A program made the translations under genes and the position numbers. Shown one piece after another: positions 62,837-64,000 of a stretch of 64,000 bases of DNA. Source of the stretch: Macrostomum lignano (taxonomy: Eukaryota); contig NIVC01000067.1 of assembly GCA_002269645.1 (NCBI GenBank), positions 806,001 to 870,000 of the forward strand, written 5' to 3'. Below the pieces are notes generated by a model. It was not told where the DNA came from and made no database searches. It worked only from the letters and a program-made list of their open reading frames with translations. How positions within the stretch are numbered: position 1 is the stretch's first letter; each line of letters starts with the position of its first letter.

Positions 62837-63171
62837 CTGCGGGACAGAGTGGGTTACTTTGAGGGGCTTTGTCACTGCCGAAAACGAAGGCGACTATCAA
62901 CCCGTGAGCACGTTCCCTGAGCACGAATACGCGCACGGACAGATTCGTGCTCACAGGCGCAGACTCACATAGGGTGCACAGACTTTCTTATCATCAGGCA
63001 GTGTGCACACTCTGTGCCTTGGTGGTTTGACCTTCGTGGTCGTGAATTGCATAACCAATTATCATGCACGAGCCCTAAATTATTGTGGCCGTAATCGGAA
63101 TCGAATCCCCGGGGACTTAAGCACGAAAGACAGACGCGTTACCACTAAGCTACTCTGCTTCTCTGGTCGAT

Positions 63172-63660
63172 TTGCCTACAAATTTGCCTACCACTACAGC
63201 TTTGTCTACCATTACAGCTTTGTCTACCATTACAGCTTTGCCTACCACTACAGCTTTGCCTACCACTACAGCTTTGCCTACCACTACAGCTTTGTCTACC
63301 ACTACAGCTTTGCCTACCATTACAGCTTTGCCTACCACTACAGCTTTGCCTACCATTACAGCTTTGCCTACCATTACAGCTTTGCCTACCACTACAGCTT
63401 TGTCTACCACTACAGCTTTGTCTACCACTACAGCATTGCCTACCATTACAGCTTTGCCTACCACTACAGCTTTGTCTACCACTACAGCTTTGTCTACCAC
63501 TACAGCATTGCCTACCATTACAGCTTTGCCTACCACTACAGCTTTGCCTACCACTACAGCTTTGCCTACCACTACAGCTTTGCCTACCACTACAGCTTTG
63601 CCTACCAATACAGCTTTGCCTACCACTACAGCTTTGCCTACCAATACAGCTTTGTCTACC
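63172..63660. repeat. 18-bp minisatellite (tttgcctaccactacagc) in an LRRC74-like intron
   Basis: Seen directly; source of the AYHYSF, TTALP and GKAVVV ORFs. Confidence 0.96.
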
Positions 63661-63715
63661 ACAAGACTATCCCAGAAATGCACTTTGGTAACACAACTCT
63701 ACAAGCTCAACGAAC

Positions 63716-63859
63716 CTGCATCAAGCTGACCAGATGCTGGGCATCCTTCTCAACAAAATCGTTGCCAGCCAGATTGAGTTTACACAGAGCGACAAATGAG
63801 CTGCACCCTTCAGCCAGCTGTGCCAGCGCCTTGCCATCGAGTCGGTTACAGCTGAGGTT
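63716..63859 (-). CDS. LRRC74: LRRC74-like LRR exon (not in ORF track in this frame); gene continues right of the window
   Basis: cttcgcag|NLSCNRLDGKALAQLAEGCSSFVALCKLNLAGNDFVEKDAQHLVSLMQ|gttcgt; 48 codons. Confidence 0.85.
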
Positions 63860-64000
63860 CTGCGAAGTGATTGCATGGATGTGTGCGGTTGTGTAAGATT
63901 TTTGTACACGCAGTATTACATTCTTTCGAGCTATTCTGGAATTATTCCTGATAGGTTGAAAGGGAAAATGCCATTTTTTGAAATAATGAAGGCATGTAGA

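Noticed and set aside
62905-62960. 11-bp hairpin tgagcacgaat/attcgtgctca in an LRRC74-like intron
   Set aside because: Too short and isolated to distinguish from chance; no TSD.
7915-63660. Purine/pyrimidine strand bias of intronic arrays relative to transcription
   Set aside because: Both orientations occur within minus-strand genes; there is no consistent bias.
63003-63896. AYHYSF, mucin-like TTALP and GKAVVV ORFs
   Set aside because: An 18-bp intronic minisatellite within the LRRC74-like gene.

Overview
Animal genomic DNA with GC-rich, poly-Gln/Ala/Gly-rich exons and AT-rich introns packed with locus-specific minisatellites. The style resembles a free-living flatworm such as Macrostomum, which is an inference and not proven. 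Six host genes can be built, all on the minus strand: an MFSD13A/TMEM180-like MFS transporter (first-half exon), WAC (intronless ORF), LENG8/THP3 (6 coding exons, about 854 aa), an intronless class A GPCR, a long-isoform AMPK gamma subunit (about 800 aa over 21 kb) and the 3' part of an LRRC74-like LRR gene. Several of these exons are absent from the ORF track and were found by reading splice sites and frame. The window starts in the 3' end of an RTE-type LINE with four C-terminal zinc fingers. It also holds four MITEs with TIRs and 8-bp TSDs (one with its empty site preserved nearby), a degenerate MITE copy, two inverted-repeat-bounded elements and about 25 tandem arrays. No rRNA, tRNA or CRISPR was recognised. 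Main leads: a possible SL-trans-spliced LENG8-WAC-MFSD13A operon in which an ATG-less ORF would take its start codon from the leader; minisatellites growing inside MITEs; and a fold-back element whose internal 69-bp array repeats its own terminal motif.
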